Shown here piece by piece: positions 47,131 to 57,534 of a stretch of DNA of 64,000 nt (position 1 is its first letter; every line of letters begins with the position of its first letter). The stretch covers positions 288 to 64,287 of the forward strand of contig JAOMBT010000003.1 of assembly GCA_028344675.1 (NCBI GenBank), in the 5' to 3' direction. The position numbers and the translations under genes are program-made. Under the pieces are notes generated by a model. It saw only the letters and a list, made by a program, of their open reading frames with translations. It made no database searches and had not been told where the DNA came from. The stretch is from Acidimicrobiaceae bacterium. GTDB taxonomy: Bacteria; Actinomycetota; Acidimicrobiia; Actinomarinales; Actinomarinaceae.

Positions 47131-49081
47131 GTTCTAATTCTTCTATAGCCTCTTCTAATGGCTCGGTACCCCAACCAAAACCTCCGATTAATAATAGAAG
47201 TGTGCCGACAATTGCTAGAGGTACAGAATAATAAATAACTGCATAGCCTAAAAATGGCAATCCAGATGCCAATATAATCGGATAATAAGATGGATTAGGT
47301 AGTTCAATATCTTCGCTTGGATTAAGGCCTTCTTCTTCTAGTTCTTGAAGGAGCTGGTCAGCGCTGTCTCTTCTTACTGATCTTCCTTCGTCATCTTCGC
47401 CGTACTTTGCATGCCAAAAATCATCTAAAGATTTTACTACTGGTGCCTTTGAAAAATTCCATACAGGAGTTGGAGATGGAATTGTCCACTCAATTGTTCT
47501 CGCATCCCATGGATCGAAAGGTGCTTTTTCACCATTTCTTTTAGAAAAGATCCAATTTATCATAAATACAATAATTGATAACGCAATTATGAAAGCCCCC
47601 ACAGTAACAACAACATTCCAAAATGCTAAGTTTGTTTCTTCAGCATAGACCCATGTACGCCTTACTTGACCTTGTAGTCCTAGCCAATGCATAGGACCAA
47701 AGGTTAAGTTAAAACCAATTAACATTGTCCAAAAATGTATTTTTCCAAGTGTTTCGTTATACATTTTCCCCCACACTTTAGGAAACCAGTAATAAAGTCC
47801 AGAAAATATTCCAAATAGTGCACCACCAAATAATACATAATGAAAATGTGCGACCACATAATAAGTATCTGTTTGTTGTGTATCTGCTGGTACTACAGAG
47901 TGGGTGACTCCACTAAGACCCCCAATTACAAACATTCCTATAAACCCAAGAGAGAACAGCATAGGTGTATTCAACTTAAGTTTGCCTCCCCATATAGTGC
48001 CTAGCCAATTAAATATTTTTACACCCGTGGGTACCGCAATTACCATCGTTGACAAACCAAATCCAGCTTGTGCAACTGGACTAATTGCAGATGCAAACAT
48101 GTGATGTGCCCATACTCCAAAACCAATAAAAGCTATTCCAAAACCAGCAAATACTATTGCTGCATATCCAAATAGTGGTTTTCTTGAAAACGTTGGTAAG
48201 ACTTCAGAGACTATTCCGAATGCTGGAAGGATCAAAATATAAACTTCCGGATGTCCAAATAGCCAGAAAAGGTGCTGCCACAAAACTGGATCACCGCCAC
48301 CCTCAGTTAAAAAAAATGTAGTTCCAAATTTTCTATCAAATGTTACATAAAAAAGAGCAATAGCAATTATTGGTAATGAGAAAGCTAAAAGGAAAGAAAC
48401 AGCAAATGTCATCCATGTAAATACTGGCATCCTCATAAAACGCATGCCTTCTGTACGCATATTAATAATTGTAGTTATAAAGTTAAACGCAGAAATTAGA
48501 GAAGCTATACCAAGAATTTGAAGACCTATTGCCCAAAAATCCATTGCTGTTCCAGGAGAATACTTCATCCCTGCATTTGGTTGGTAGCCAAACCAACCAC
48601 CATTTGGAGCTGAGCCAAGCCAACCAACCTCCTCAGCCAAATATCCTCCCTCTGGGGCTCCAGCAGTACCAAAAATAAATGTTGAATAAAGAAAGGCACC
48701 ACCAAATATAAAAATCCAGAAAGATAATGCATTTAATCTTGGAAAAGCAACATCCCTTGCACCAATCTGGAGTGGAAGTAAGTAATTAAAGAAAGCAGCA
48801 CTAATAGGCATAATTGCAAGAAAAATCATCGTTGTACCGTGCATTGTAAACATGGCGTTATATTCAGCTGCTGTAAGAAAATTGTTATCTGGTTGTGAAA
48901 GTTGAATTCTAAGAACCAATGCTTCAAGCCCTCCTATTAGAAGAAAAAAGAATGCAGCATATCCATACATAATACCAATTCGTTTATGATCTACAGTTGT
49001 AATCCAACTCCAAATACCTGTTTCAGAAGATGGCCTTCGAAAAATATTACTCTGTTTTTTTGGTTCAATAATTTTTGTCAT
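47123..49081 (-). CDS. ctaD: Cytochrome c oxidase subunit I with a roughly 100-aa C-terminal two-helix extension
   Basis: 652 aa with heme-copper oxidase motifs (WFFGHPEVYILILP-like LFWLFGHPEVYILILP, HHMF, VAHFHYV). Confidence 0.95.
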   Translation of the reverse strand: MTKIIEPKKQSNIFRRPSSETGIWSWITTVDHKRIGIMYGYAAFFFLLIGGLEALVLRIQLSQPDNNFLTAAEYNAMFTMHGTTMIFLAIMPISAAFFNYLLPLQIGARDVAFPRLNALSFWIFIFGGAFLYSTFIFGTAGAPEGGYLAEEVGWLGSAPNGGWFGYQPNAGMKYSPGTAMDFWAIGLQILGIASLISAFNFITTIINMRTEGMRFMRMPVFTWMTFAVSFLLAFSLPIIAIALFYVTFDRKFGTTFFLTEGGGDPVLWQHLFWLFGHPEVYILILPAFGIVSEVLPTFSRKPLFGYAAIVFAGFGIAFIGFGVWAHHMFASAISPVAQAGFGLSTMVIAVPTGVKIFNWLGTIWGGKLKLNTPMLFSLGFIGMFVIGGLSGVTHSVVPADTQQTDTYYVVAHFHYVLFGGALFGIFSGLYYWFPKVWGKMYNETLGKIHFWTMLIGFNLTFGPMHWLGLQGQVRRTWVYAEETNLAFWNVVVTVGAFIIALSIIVFMINWIFSKRNGEKAPFDPWDARTIEWTIPSPTPVWNFSKAPVVKSLDDFWHAKYGEDDEGRSVRRDSADQLLQELEEEGLNPSEDIELPNPSYYPIILASGLPFLGYAVIYYSVPLAIVGTLLLLIGGFGWGTEPLEEAIEELEHE

Positions 49082-50097
49082 TTCAATGTCTCCAGATAAG
49101 CAATTAAAGCATTTATTTCTGATTCGGTCAATTCCAGGTTAGGCATAAATGTACCAGGTTTTATCTCTGCGGGATTAGCCAACCATCTAGTTAAATTTTC
49201 TCTATTGTTTTTTAACGCAGCACCAGCAAATACATTTCTAACTGCAAAATGTGTAAGGTTTGGTGCAATTCTATCTCCTTGAACATCCCAAACACCATTT
49301 ACAACGTGACACTGAGTACACCCAGCATTTAAATAAACCTGTTGTCCTTCAGCAGCTAAAGATATATCTTCATTACTGAACGCAATCGCGTTTTTTTGTT
49401 CATTTGCAACCCAGTTCTCAAAATCTTCTTGTGATAGTGATAAGACTCGACCTCGCATTTTTGAATGGCTTAAACCACAAAATTCTCCACACTGTGCCCA
49501 AAATTCATTGGGGGAATCAGCATGAAGATTCAAATAAGTTGTTTGTCCGGGTACAAGGTATCTCTTTCCATTTAGCTTTGGTACCCAATAATTGTGAAGA
49601 ACATCATTCGACCACATCTCTAACCTCACTGGTTTATCCGCAGGTATTACTAAAACATTTGCTGTTGTTATTCCATAATCTGGATATTTATATTCAAACC
49701 ACCACTGGTGGCCAATTACTTCTATTTTCAAAGCGTCTTCAGGTTCTCTTGCCAGATCAAAAATCGTTTGAACTGTTGGAACAGCAATTGCTGCCAGAAT
49801 TAAAACAGGGATTACAGTCCACACTATTTCTAATTTTGTATTTCCATGAATCTGCTTAGGTTCTGGACTTTCTGGCTTTTCTTTATAAACAAAAACAGAC
49901 AAAAGTAGTGCTCCTTGAACAATTACAAAAACACCAACAGCAATCCAGAAAGTTATCCAAAATAGTTCATCTATAGATCTTGCATACGGTCCTTCAGGAC
50001 TGAGAGAGTCTAATGGAGCGTTTTCTATACAAGCAGATAGAAGAATAAATGGAGCAAATTTCAGGTTTTTAATATTTAAAATTTTTTTCACAAACAT
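49078..50097 (-). CDS. ctaC: Cytochrome c oxidase subunit II fused to a cytochrome c domain (caa3-type)
   Basis: 339 aa with lipobox LSAC, CuA site CGEFCGLSHSKM and C-terminal heme c motif CTQCH. Confidence 0.92.
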   Translation of the reverse strand: MFVKKILNIKNLKFAPFILLSACIENAPLDSLSPEGPYARSIDELFWITFWIAVGVFVIVQGALLLSVFVYKEKPESPEPKQIHGNTKLEIVWTVIPVLILAAIAVPTVQTIFDLAREPEDALKIEVIGHQWWFEYKYPDYGITTANVLVIPADKPVRLEMWSNDVLHNYWVPKLNGKRYLVPGQTTYLNLHADSPNEFWAQCGEFCGLSHSKMRGRVLSLSQEDFENWVANEQKNAIAFSNEDISLAAEGQQVYLNAGCTQCHVVNGVWDVQGDRIAPNLTHFAVRNVFAGAALKNNRENLTRWLANPAEIKPGTFMPNLELTESEINALIAYLETLK

Positions 50098-50165
50098 ATT
50101 TTATTAACAATATTTAAGGATAGCGTTGAAACAATATATAGTGTAATTTTAAGTACTATGTCAGT

Positions 50166-51047
50166 ATGAAATCCGATAGTAAAAAAGTTGCAGCGAAGTA
50201 TCTTAAACTTTCCAAATTGCGCATAGTTGAATTATTACTAATAACCACAGTACCTTCTATGGTTGTCTCTATTTACGGATTCCCTCCTCTAGAACTTATA
50301 TTAGCTACTGTACTTGGGGGAACTTTACTTGCCGTAAGTGCAAATGTTTTAAATCAGATATTCGAAATCTCAACTGACAGCTTAATGGAAAGGACAGTAA
50401 ACAGGCCATTAGTAACTGGAGAAGTAAGTAAAAAAAATGCCTATATTTACTCAATTTCTCTTGGACTTATCGGATATTTGATCTTATATACTCAATCAAC
50501 AATTCTTGCAGCAAATATTGCACTATCTGCAAATATTTTTTACTCATTTATCTATACCTTAATTCTCAAACCAAGAACAAATCAGAATATTGTTATAGGA
50601 GGAGCAGCAGGTGCAGCCCCAGTATTAATTGGGTGGGCTGCAACTGGTTCTGAGCTTGAAATTGGTTCGTGGTTATTATTTTTACTGGTTTTTTTATGGA
50701 CACCGGCTCACTTTTGGGCTTTGTCGTTAGAAAACATAGATGATTATAAAGATGCTGACTTCCCAATGTTACCAACTCAAGAATCTAAAAAGAGAACAAC
50801 TATCTTTATTGGAGTTTACTCATGTGCAACAGTCATAACCTCAATACTTTTAGCACCAATTCTTCAATTAGGAATTACCTATCTTGTTCTTGCACTTATC
50901 TTTGGAGTATATTTAATGTATAAATCTTATGGACTTTATCTCGATAAAGTAAAACCTATATCCTACTTTATATTTTCAAATACTTACTTGGCCGCTATAT
51001 TCCTATCAATGGTTGGTGACATATTTATAACATTAGGTAGTATCTAA
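50166..51047 (+). CDS. ctaB: Protoheme IX farnesyltransferase (heme O synthase)
   Basis: 293-aa UbiA-family polytopic protein (NQIFEISTDSLMERTVNRPL ... WTPAHFWAL). It is divergent from the oxidase operon. Confidence 0.9.
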   Translation: MKSDSKKVAAKYLKLSKLRIVELLLITTVPSMVVSIYGFPPLELILATVLGGTLLAVSANVLNQIFEISTDSLMERTVNRPLVTGEVSKKNAYIYSISLGLIGYLILYTQSTILAANIALSANIFYSFIYTLILKPRTNQNIVIGGAAGAAPVLIGWAATGSELEIGSWLLFLLVFLWTPAHFWALSLENIDDYKDADFPMLPTQESKKRTTIFIGVYSCATVITSILLAPILQLGITYLVLALIFGVYLMYKSYGLYLDKVKPISYFIFSNTYLAAIFLSMVGDIFITLGSI

Positions 51048-51049
51048 AT

Positions 51050-51883
51050 ATGCAAGAAGTTTTGCTTTCAATAACTTATCCTCCAATTCCAATAACTCAA
51101 GTTGGGCCCGTATCCTTATCATTACATGGAGTGTTTGCGGCTATAGGTTTTTATATTGGGGCAAGTCATGCATTAAAACTATCTGATAAAGATGGTGCTG
51201 ACAGCATTTTGTTTTCTGATGCTCTTACCTGGGCAATTTTTGGTGCCATACTAGGTGCAAGATTCTTTACAATACCAGCTCAATTGTATAACAGTCCAAG
51301 TTATGGTTGGGGAGATATATTTACTCTCACTGGAAGCTATTCAATTATGGGAGGAATGGCTGGTGGGATAATAGCTGCTTACATTAAAATTAGTATTTTA
51401 AATAAAGAAGATTTTAAACAGTATGGTGATTACGCGGCTACTGGTCTTATATTGGGAACCGTTATAGGAAGAATTGGTGATTTAGCGATAGTAGAACACC
51501 TAGGTCGGCAAACAGACTTTTTTTTAGGATATGAAGTTAAACCTGGTTATGATTTAGCCCCACAGCATAATTCTTTGGAGTGTGCGGAACCTTTAATTAC
51601 TTGCGGATCTTTTCATCACGTAGCTATGTATGATTTATTTCTTGCATTAGGAGTATTTTTTATTTTTAGATATTTCCAACAAAAATTTATATTTGGCAAG
51701 GGTGCATGGATTGGCTTGTGGGCTTTCTGGTATGGAACCCAAAGGGCATTTCTTGACACACTAAGATTTGGAATGGGTGATGCAACCATAGGTACCCTTA
51801 CGTGGAACCAAGTTGGTGGAACACTTTTGGCACTCCTAGGAATAATATTTTTCTTTAAAAATAAAAATATTAGAACAAACTAA
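51050..51883 (+). CDS. lgt: Prolipoprotein diacylglyceryl transferase
   Basis: 277-aa polytopic protein with an Lgt-like pattern (HGVFAAIGF, GRIGD...EHLG, W..RAFLD..R). Confidence 0.7.
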   Translation: MQEVLLSITYPPIPITQVGPVSLSLHGVFAAIGFYIGASHALKLSDKDGADSILFSDALTWAIFGAILGARFFTIPAQLYNSPSYGWGDIFTLTGSYSIMGGMAGGIIAAYIKISILNKEDFKQYGDYAATGLILGTVIGRIGDLAIVEHLGRQTDFFLGYEVKPGYDLAPQHNSLECAEPLITCGSFHHVAMYDLFLALGVFFIFRYFQQKFIFGKGAWIGLWAFWYGTQRAFLDTLRFGMGDATIGTLTWNQVGGTLLALLGIIFFFKNKNIRTN

Positions 51884-52793
51884 TTAGAAACAATACGTAT
51901 AGGCTCATAAGTACATAACCTAAAATTGGATTTCTTTTGAGGGTATTTCTTGATAAAAATATTACTAAAAATGAAACGATATACATCAAAAATAACTGAT
52001 AGTCAACTTGTGTTTCAATCTCACCAGGACTTACTACTATTGCAACGCCACCAACTAATCCGATATTAAAAAGATTTGAACCGAATATATTGCCAAATAC
52101 AATATCTGGCTTCTTTAACTTTGCTGCAGCTATTGTCCCAGCAACCTCAGGAAGACTTGTTCCAATAGCAATAATAGTAGATCCAATAACTAGAGATGAA
52201 ACTCCAAATACTTCAGCAAGTTTGACTGCGTTGTCAACAACAAGCTGACTTCCATATAGAGTCGCAGCAAGAGATAGAAATCCTCTCAGCCATATATATT
52301 TTTTTTCATCAACAAACATTTCATCATCTTCAACACCTTCACTACTAACCATTTTGTATGTTACAAAAACTATGAGAATCAATAAAACAACACCTAATTC
52401 AAAAGGAAAATTTTTAGTAAAAATATTTGTTGAAACAAAAATAGTTGTTAATACAGTCATCCATAATGGACTTGTATGGTTAATTTTAATTTTTTTATTG
52501 AAGTCCTTTGGAATAGCTAAAAATAAAACAGCAATTACTAATAAAGAGTTGGCAATATTCGAGCCAACAATATTACCTATTGCAAGATCCAAATCACCGT
52601 TTAAGGCTGCTCCTGTACTTGCAAAGAGTTCAGGTGTAGAAGTACCAAACCCAATAAAGGTAGCTCCTATAATCGAATTAGGAATTTTAAACTTAACGGC
52701 AATTTGGACAGCTGAGCTGACCATTTCGTCAGCACCCTTAACAAGAAAAATTAATCCAAGCGCAAAACCAAATAAAAGAATCAATATGTCCAT
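51870..52793 (-). CDS. Calcium/sodium antiporter (YrbG/CaCA family)
   Basis: 307 aa with two alpha-repeats (GNIVGSNIANSLLV and GNIFGSNLFNIGLV). Confidence 0.85.
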   Translation of the reverse strand: MDILILLFGFALGLIFLVKGADEMVSSAVQIAVKFKIPNSIIGATFIGFGTSTPELFASTGAALNGDLDLAIGNIVGSNIANSLLVIAVLFLAIPKDFNKKIKINHTSPLWMTVLTTIFVSTNIFTKNFPFELGVVLLILIVFVTYKMVSSEGVEDDEMFVDEKKYIWLRGFLSLAATLYGSQLVVDNAVKLAEVFGVSSLVIGSTIIAIGTSLPEVAGTIAAAKLKKPDIVFGNIFGSNLFNIGLVGGVAIVVSPGEIETQVDYQLFLMYIVSFLVIFLSRNTLKRNPILGYVLMSLYVLFLISLF

Positions 52794-52803
52794 ATTTAGT
52801 AAT

Positions 52804-53622
52804 CTATTCTTTTGAGTCTCTCCAAGAAATCCATTCTTTAACTTTAGTTAAGTCATAGCCTGGTCCATTAACCGCAAGAGTAATCTCAGTGGCACCAGCT
52901 TCTAAAAGTTCATCTGCTAAGTCAATTCTATTTATGTCTATACCAATTGATCTTTGGATATCATGTGGATTCCTGCCAACTTCATCACACCACTTGTTTA
53001 ACACAGAGTTTTTGTGAGCAACTGTTTCAATCCCACTCCTGTCTTCTGTTTTTGTTGCAAACCCATGCCATATATCAGCGTATTGAGCTACTAGTCTCAG
53101 TGTGACTTTTTCCCCGCCTCCACCAATCAATATTGGGATTTTTCTTTTGGGTTGAGGATCTAATTTTTCTAACCTATTTACTATCCGTGCGAGGGACTTC
53201 TCAAGCTCTTTTAATCTCCAGATAGCTGTCCCAAACTCATATCCATATTCCTCGTAGTCTTGTTCAAACCACCCTGAGCCAATTCCTAAGATTAATCTAC
53301 CATCAGAAATATGGTCAACAGTTCTGGCCATATCAGCTAATAATTCTGGATTACGATAAGAATTGCAAGTAACAAGTGGTCCAATCTCAACTTCACTGGT
53401 AGCTTCTGCCCAGCTTGCAAGCATAGTCCAACATTCAAAATGTTTTCCTTCTCTTCTTTCACCTTCAGACCACTGAGTCCCATCTTCCTTATAAAGGGGG
53501 TAGAAATGATCCCAATTATAAATTACATCAGCTCCAATTTTCTCTGCCTCTAAAGCAGCAGATCTAATTTGGTCATATTCGGCATGTTGTGGTTGTAAAA
53601 ATGCGGCTATTCTTGGTTTCAT
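52804..53622 (-). CDS. Luciferase-like monooxygenase family (LLM class, probably F420-dependent) oxidoreductase
   Basis: 272 aa with an LLM TIM-barrel pattern (ISDGRLILGIGSGW, IPILIGGGGEK). Confidence 0.7.
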   Translation of the reverse strand: MKPRIAAFLQPQHAEYDQIRSAALEAEKIGADVIYNWDHFYPLYKEDGTQWSEGERREGKHFECWTMLASWAEATSEVEIGPLVTCNSYRNPELLADMARTVDHISDGRLILGIGSGWFEQDYEEYGYEFGTAIWRLKELEKSLARIVNRLEKLDPQPKRKIPILIGGGGEKVTLRLVAQYADIWHGFATKTEDRSGIETVAHKNSVLNKWCDEVGRNPHDIQRSIGIDINRIDLADELLEAGATEITLAVNGPGYDLTKVKEWISWRDSKE

Positions 53623-53634
53623 TTTTCTCCTCTA

Positions 53635-56144
53635 TTATTCAAATCTAGTCATTTTTAATGAATTAATAATTAAATTTTTAAATTTAATATTTGCTTTTAA
53701 GCGTTCAATTTTTTGTTTTGTAACTTTTTCAGCTGATGGAAGAGGATTTAACTCCACAAACTTCTCTATATCATTTCCAAGTAATTCGTTATAAATTGAC
53801 GGAAGACCATCAAGTATCCTTGAGGATGTCCATTCAGGCATAACTTTTAACAGGTCGTCCCAGTTCTCTTTTACAATCATCCAAGCAGCCTCTCCATTTT
53901 CTGTGTGGGAAATTAACCCAGAAATAATATATGGTGCATCTGCTCCTCTAATAGTGCCTTCTAAAATGGCATTTAAAACAGTTTTTGGAGTCTTTGGGTC
54001 ACTTAATCCCCATAACATTGACCTATATCTTCCTTCAATTTGTGGAGTCTCTGCTTCTATGAATTTATCAAGATATTTTGTAACAGACACTGATTGATCC
54101 ATTCCAGCTATTGAAAGGACAAGATTGTAGTAATTTCCATCATCGTATTCTTCATATTTATTAGACTCAAATAAATCTACAAAATAATTATTAAATTCTT
54201 TATCACTTGAATATTTTGCATACAGGCCACATACTATTGATCTGAGTTGAGACTCTTCTTGGCTTGAATTTTCATTGTATTCTTTACCTAACACATCCAG
54301 GCTTGGTTCACAAAATTTTCCAATAAATAACCCTAAGTTTTTATCAGGAAAAATTTTATACATTGTTGAAAATATTCCCGAGACAAGGGCCCAAATATTT
54401 TTATCTTTTTCATGTTTATATAGAGCTAATAATTCCATGAAGTCATCAAAAGATATTTGGTCGATTCTTAATGACATCCAGGAGTCTTCTAAAAGTCGAT
54501 ATTTTTCATTTATGTCAAGCTCTTTGAAATGGGAAGATATCTCCTGTAGAAGTTCACTGCTATACGCAGTATGAAAAAAAGCCCACCCTCCATTGTTAAT
54601 GTAAGGAACACTTCCTTTACTTTCAAAATTTTCAGATACACTTTCAAGCAATAATTTACTCTCACGTTTTGTATCTAAATATTTAATATTTATTGGTATG
54701 TGCCAAAGTGAGTCATCAGTACTTCCATCAATCAAAAATTTTCTTTGAGATAATTTCAAAGAAGAATCTTGGATTTCTACCGACACAATTGGATACCCCT
54801 CTTGCTTAATCCATGTTGGAAGTATTTTATTTAATTCGTACTCCGAAGCTTCAGTTAACTCATTCCAAAGATCTGTTGAGTGTGTGTTCTTAAACTGATA
54901 TTTTTTTAAATAATTCCTGACTCCAGATTTAAAATTATCTTCTCCAATAAACGTTTCAAACATCCTCAAAACAGTTGAGCCCTTTTGATAGGTTAAAACA
55001 TCAAACATCTCTTCAGCTTCTTCTGGTGTTGCTACTTCAAATTCAACAGGCCTAGATGATTTCAGTGAGTCTACATTAAAGCCTTGACTTCTTGCCAAAT
55101 TTAATTCATTCCATAACTTGAATTCTGGATATGTAGCTTCAGATGCTATGACTTCCATTAAACTTGCAAATGCTTCATTAAGCCAAATCCCATCCCACCA
55201 TTTCATTGTTACTAAATCACCAAACCACATATGTGCTAGTTCATGTGCAACTACCTCTACAGATCTTGAAAGCTCTGCTCTTGTAGCTTTTTCTACGTCA
55301 ATCAAGAGAAGGGTCTCTCGGAATGTAACTGCACCCACATTTTCCATAGCACCCATTGCAAAATCAGGAATTGCTATCAAGTCAAGTTTTGAACCAGGGT
55401 ATTTTATATCATAATAGTTTTCAAAAAAATCCAAAATTTTTATTGCAGCTTCTCCGGCAAATTTGGTTTGGTGACTGAATCCCGGTCTATGCACAACTCT
55501 GACATTAGTTGATCTAGATTTTCCAATTTCCGTAATCTCAAGAGGTCCTACAATAAAAGCTACTAAATAAGTGGACATTCGCATTGAATCAACAAACTTC
55601 GTAGTAGCTCTACCGTCTTTATTTGATTGACTTAACACAGCCTCATTACTAATTCTTATATCGCTTTCATTTGAAGTTAACGTAATAGAAAATACTGATT
55701 TAAATTCAGGTTCATCCCAACAAGGAAAGCCATTCTTGCAGCAGTTGGTTCAAACTGTGTTGTTGCAATCGACTTTTCTTCATCATTTTTGTCTATAAAC
55801 TTACTTCTATAAAAACCTCTTAAGTCATCAACAACATTTCCAGTAAAATCTATGTACAACTTCCAGTCGCCAGTCTCTATGCTATCTTCAAAGTTAAGAA
55901 GAATTTTCTCATCATCTTTGAGATAGTTTACTGATCCATCAATATGTGCTCCGTTGTCATTTTCAACAAAGCAGCTATTTACTGTTAACCCTACTGAATT
56001 AAGTTGTAATTCTGTTGTGTCCTCAACAACTTCAATAAAGATGGTTTCTGAACCATTGTATGTAAAATTTTCAAGGTCAATATCTAAATGGATTTCATAC
56101 CTATTTGGAATTGCTAATTTTGGAAGTAATATATTTTGATTCAT
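53635..56144 (-). pseudogene. pepN: Aminopeptidase N (M1 family) interrupted by a 1-nt frameshift near 55724-55725
   Basis: Two ORFs (55677..56144 and 53635..55638) sit in different frames. The N-terminal ORF ends ...TQFEPTAARMAF then goes out of frame. Shifting by one base restores PCWDEPEFKSVFSITL..., continuing into the second ORF, which carries GAMEN and HELAHMWFGD...WLNEAFA. Confidence 0.85.
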
Positions 56145-56169
56145 TTACAAATATTAGTTAATTTTGAAA

Positions 56170-57534
56170 TCAATCCCAGTTCAAGTGTAAAAATTCATTA
56201 CTTTCATGAAGCTGAACTCTATGAGCACCAAAGTAATCTCTTTGAGCTTGTATCAAAGATGATGGATTGAACTCTGAAGATGAAGTGATATACCAGTTAA
56301 GAGATGAGTACATAACAGGTGTAGGAATATTATTTTCAATACAACTTGATAATAAATTTTTTGTATTTTTGAGTCTTGAATCTAGGTTGTTTTGAATTTG
56401 TTTTGATTCAACTATAGATTTATTAGGAGGACTATCTTTTAAAAATGATTTGATTTCTTTTAATAGGTCTGAACGAATAATGCACCCCTCTAACCAATTT
56501 TGCATAACGTCCTCAATTTTAATTTCAAGATTTTCTTGTTTACTAAAGTACTCAATAAATAAGATACCTTGAGTTAGTGTTGAGAGGCGAGAAAAATAAA
56601 TAGCTTCTTTCAGTTCATTAGGATTAATTTTTATTTTTATATTCTTTGTAGTGATTGGCCAAATTTTTTGGTAATTGCTTTCCACCCTTGCGTTGAACGC
56701 TTCAAAAATACTTGGAAGCGGAAAACCATAATTTAAACTAGTTTCAACAGTAAGCTTGCCTGTTCCTTTATGGTTTGCATTAGGCTTAATTTTATCTATT
56801 AAAAATTCACCATCTTTTTGAGTTTTTAATATCTTAGATGTAATTTCAATCAAGTATGAAGACTGTTGTTCTTTTTTTAAGTTATTAAAAAATTCTGATG
56901 CAGCAATATTATTAAATCCTGCATTTCTTAATATGTTATATGCTTCAGCAAGTATTTGCATTTCAGCATATTCAATTCCATTATGAAGCATTTTAATAAA
57001 ATGCCCAGTACCGAATCCTTTATACAGCCCAACACATTCTCGACCGTCAGCTTTTGCTGCAACTTTACTAATCAAAGATATCAAATCTTCCGGAATTTCT
57101 TTTTCATAGCCAAGCATCAATGCAGGACCTGTCCTAGCACCTGTCTCGCCACCAGAAATACCCATTCCAATAAATTCTATTCCTTGTTCATTACACCTCT
57201 TCCCTAAATCGATACTATCTAGGTAATATGCATTACCCCCATCAATTAATGTGTCTTTTTCCTCTATAAAATTAAATAAATTTTCTACAACACTGTTTGT
57301 CGCTTCACCAGATGGAACAAGTATTAAAATTTTTCTAGGCTTTGGAATGCTTTTAACAAATTCGTCTAAATCTGTAAAACCAGAAATATTATTAGATGAG
57401 TCTTCTGAAATGAGTTGATTAATTTTGTTTTGAGATTTGTTATAAACACTCACATTTGCGCCATTGTCGGAAAAATTAAGAGCAATATTCCTGCCCATTA
57501 CTCCTATTCCAACAATTCCAATGTGGTTGTTCAT
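56170..57534 (-). CDS. gnd: 6-phosphogluconate dehydrogenase (decarboxylating)
   Basis: 454 aa with an N-terminal NADP-binding GIVGIGVMGRNIALN and the conserved GTGHFIKMLHNGIEY segment. Confidence 0.9.
   Translation of the reverse strand: MNNHIGIVGIGVMGRNIALNFSDNGANVSVYNKSQNKINQLISEDSSNNISGFTDLDEFVKSIPKPRKILILVPSGEATNSVVENLFNFIEEKDTLIDGGNAYYLDSIDLGKRCNEQGIEFIGMGISGGETGARTGPALMLGYEKEIPEDLISLISKVAAKADGRECVGLYKGFGTGHFIKMLHNGIEYAEMQILAEAYNILRNAGFNNIAASEFFNNLKKEQQSSYLIEITSKILKTQKDGEFLIDKIKPNANHKGTGKLTVETSLNYGFPLPSIFEAFNARVESNYQKIWPITTKNIKIKINPNELKEAIYFSRLSTLTQGILFIEYFSKQENLEIKIEDVMQNWLEGCIIRSDLLKEIKSFLKDSPPNKSIVESKQIQNNLDSRLKNTKNLLSSCIENNIPTPVMYSSLNWYITSSSEFNPSSLIQAQRDYFGAHRVQLHESNEFLHLNWD

Noticed and set aside
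49404-49859. 151-aa ORF antisense to ctaC
   Set aside because: This is a shadow ORF inside a strongly supported gene, with no motif and no Shine-Dalgarno. The same reasoning applies to 5335..5790, 52354..52815, 41990..42355, 62563..62913, 10266..10478, 13551..14084, 14482..14815, 21773..22307, 23523..24102, 24760..25044, 38532..39101, 53903..55414 and the other short antisense ORFs in the track.
55677-55760. Programmed ribosomal frameshift in pepN
   Set aside because: There is no slippery heptamer and no obvious downstream structure at GCTTTCCTTG. A single missing base in a short C/G run is the simpler explanation.
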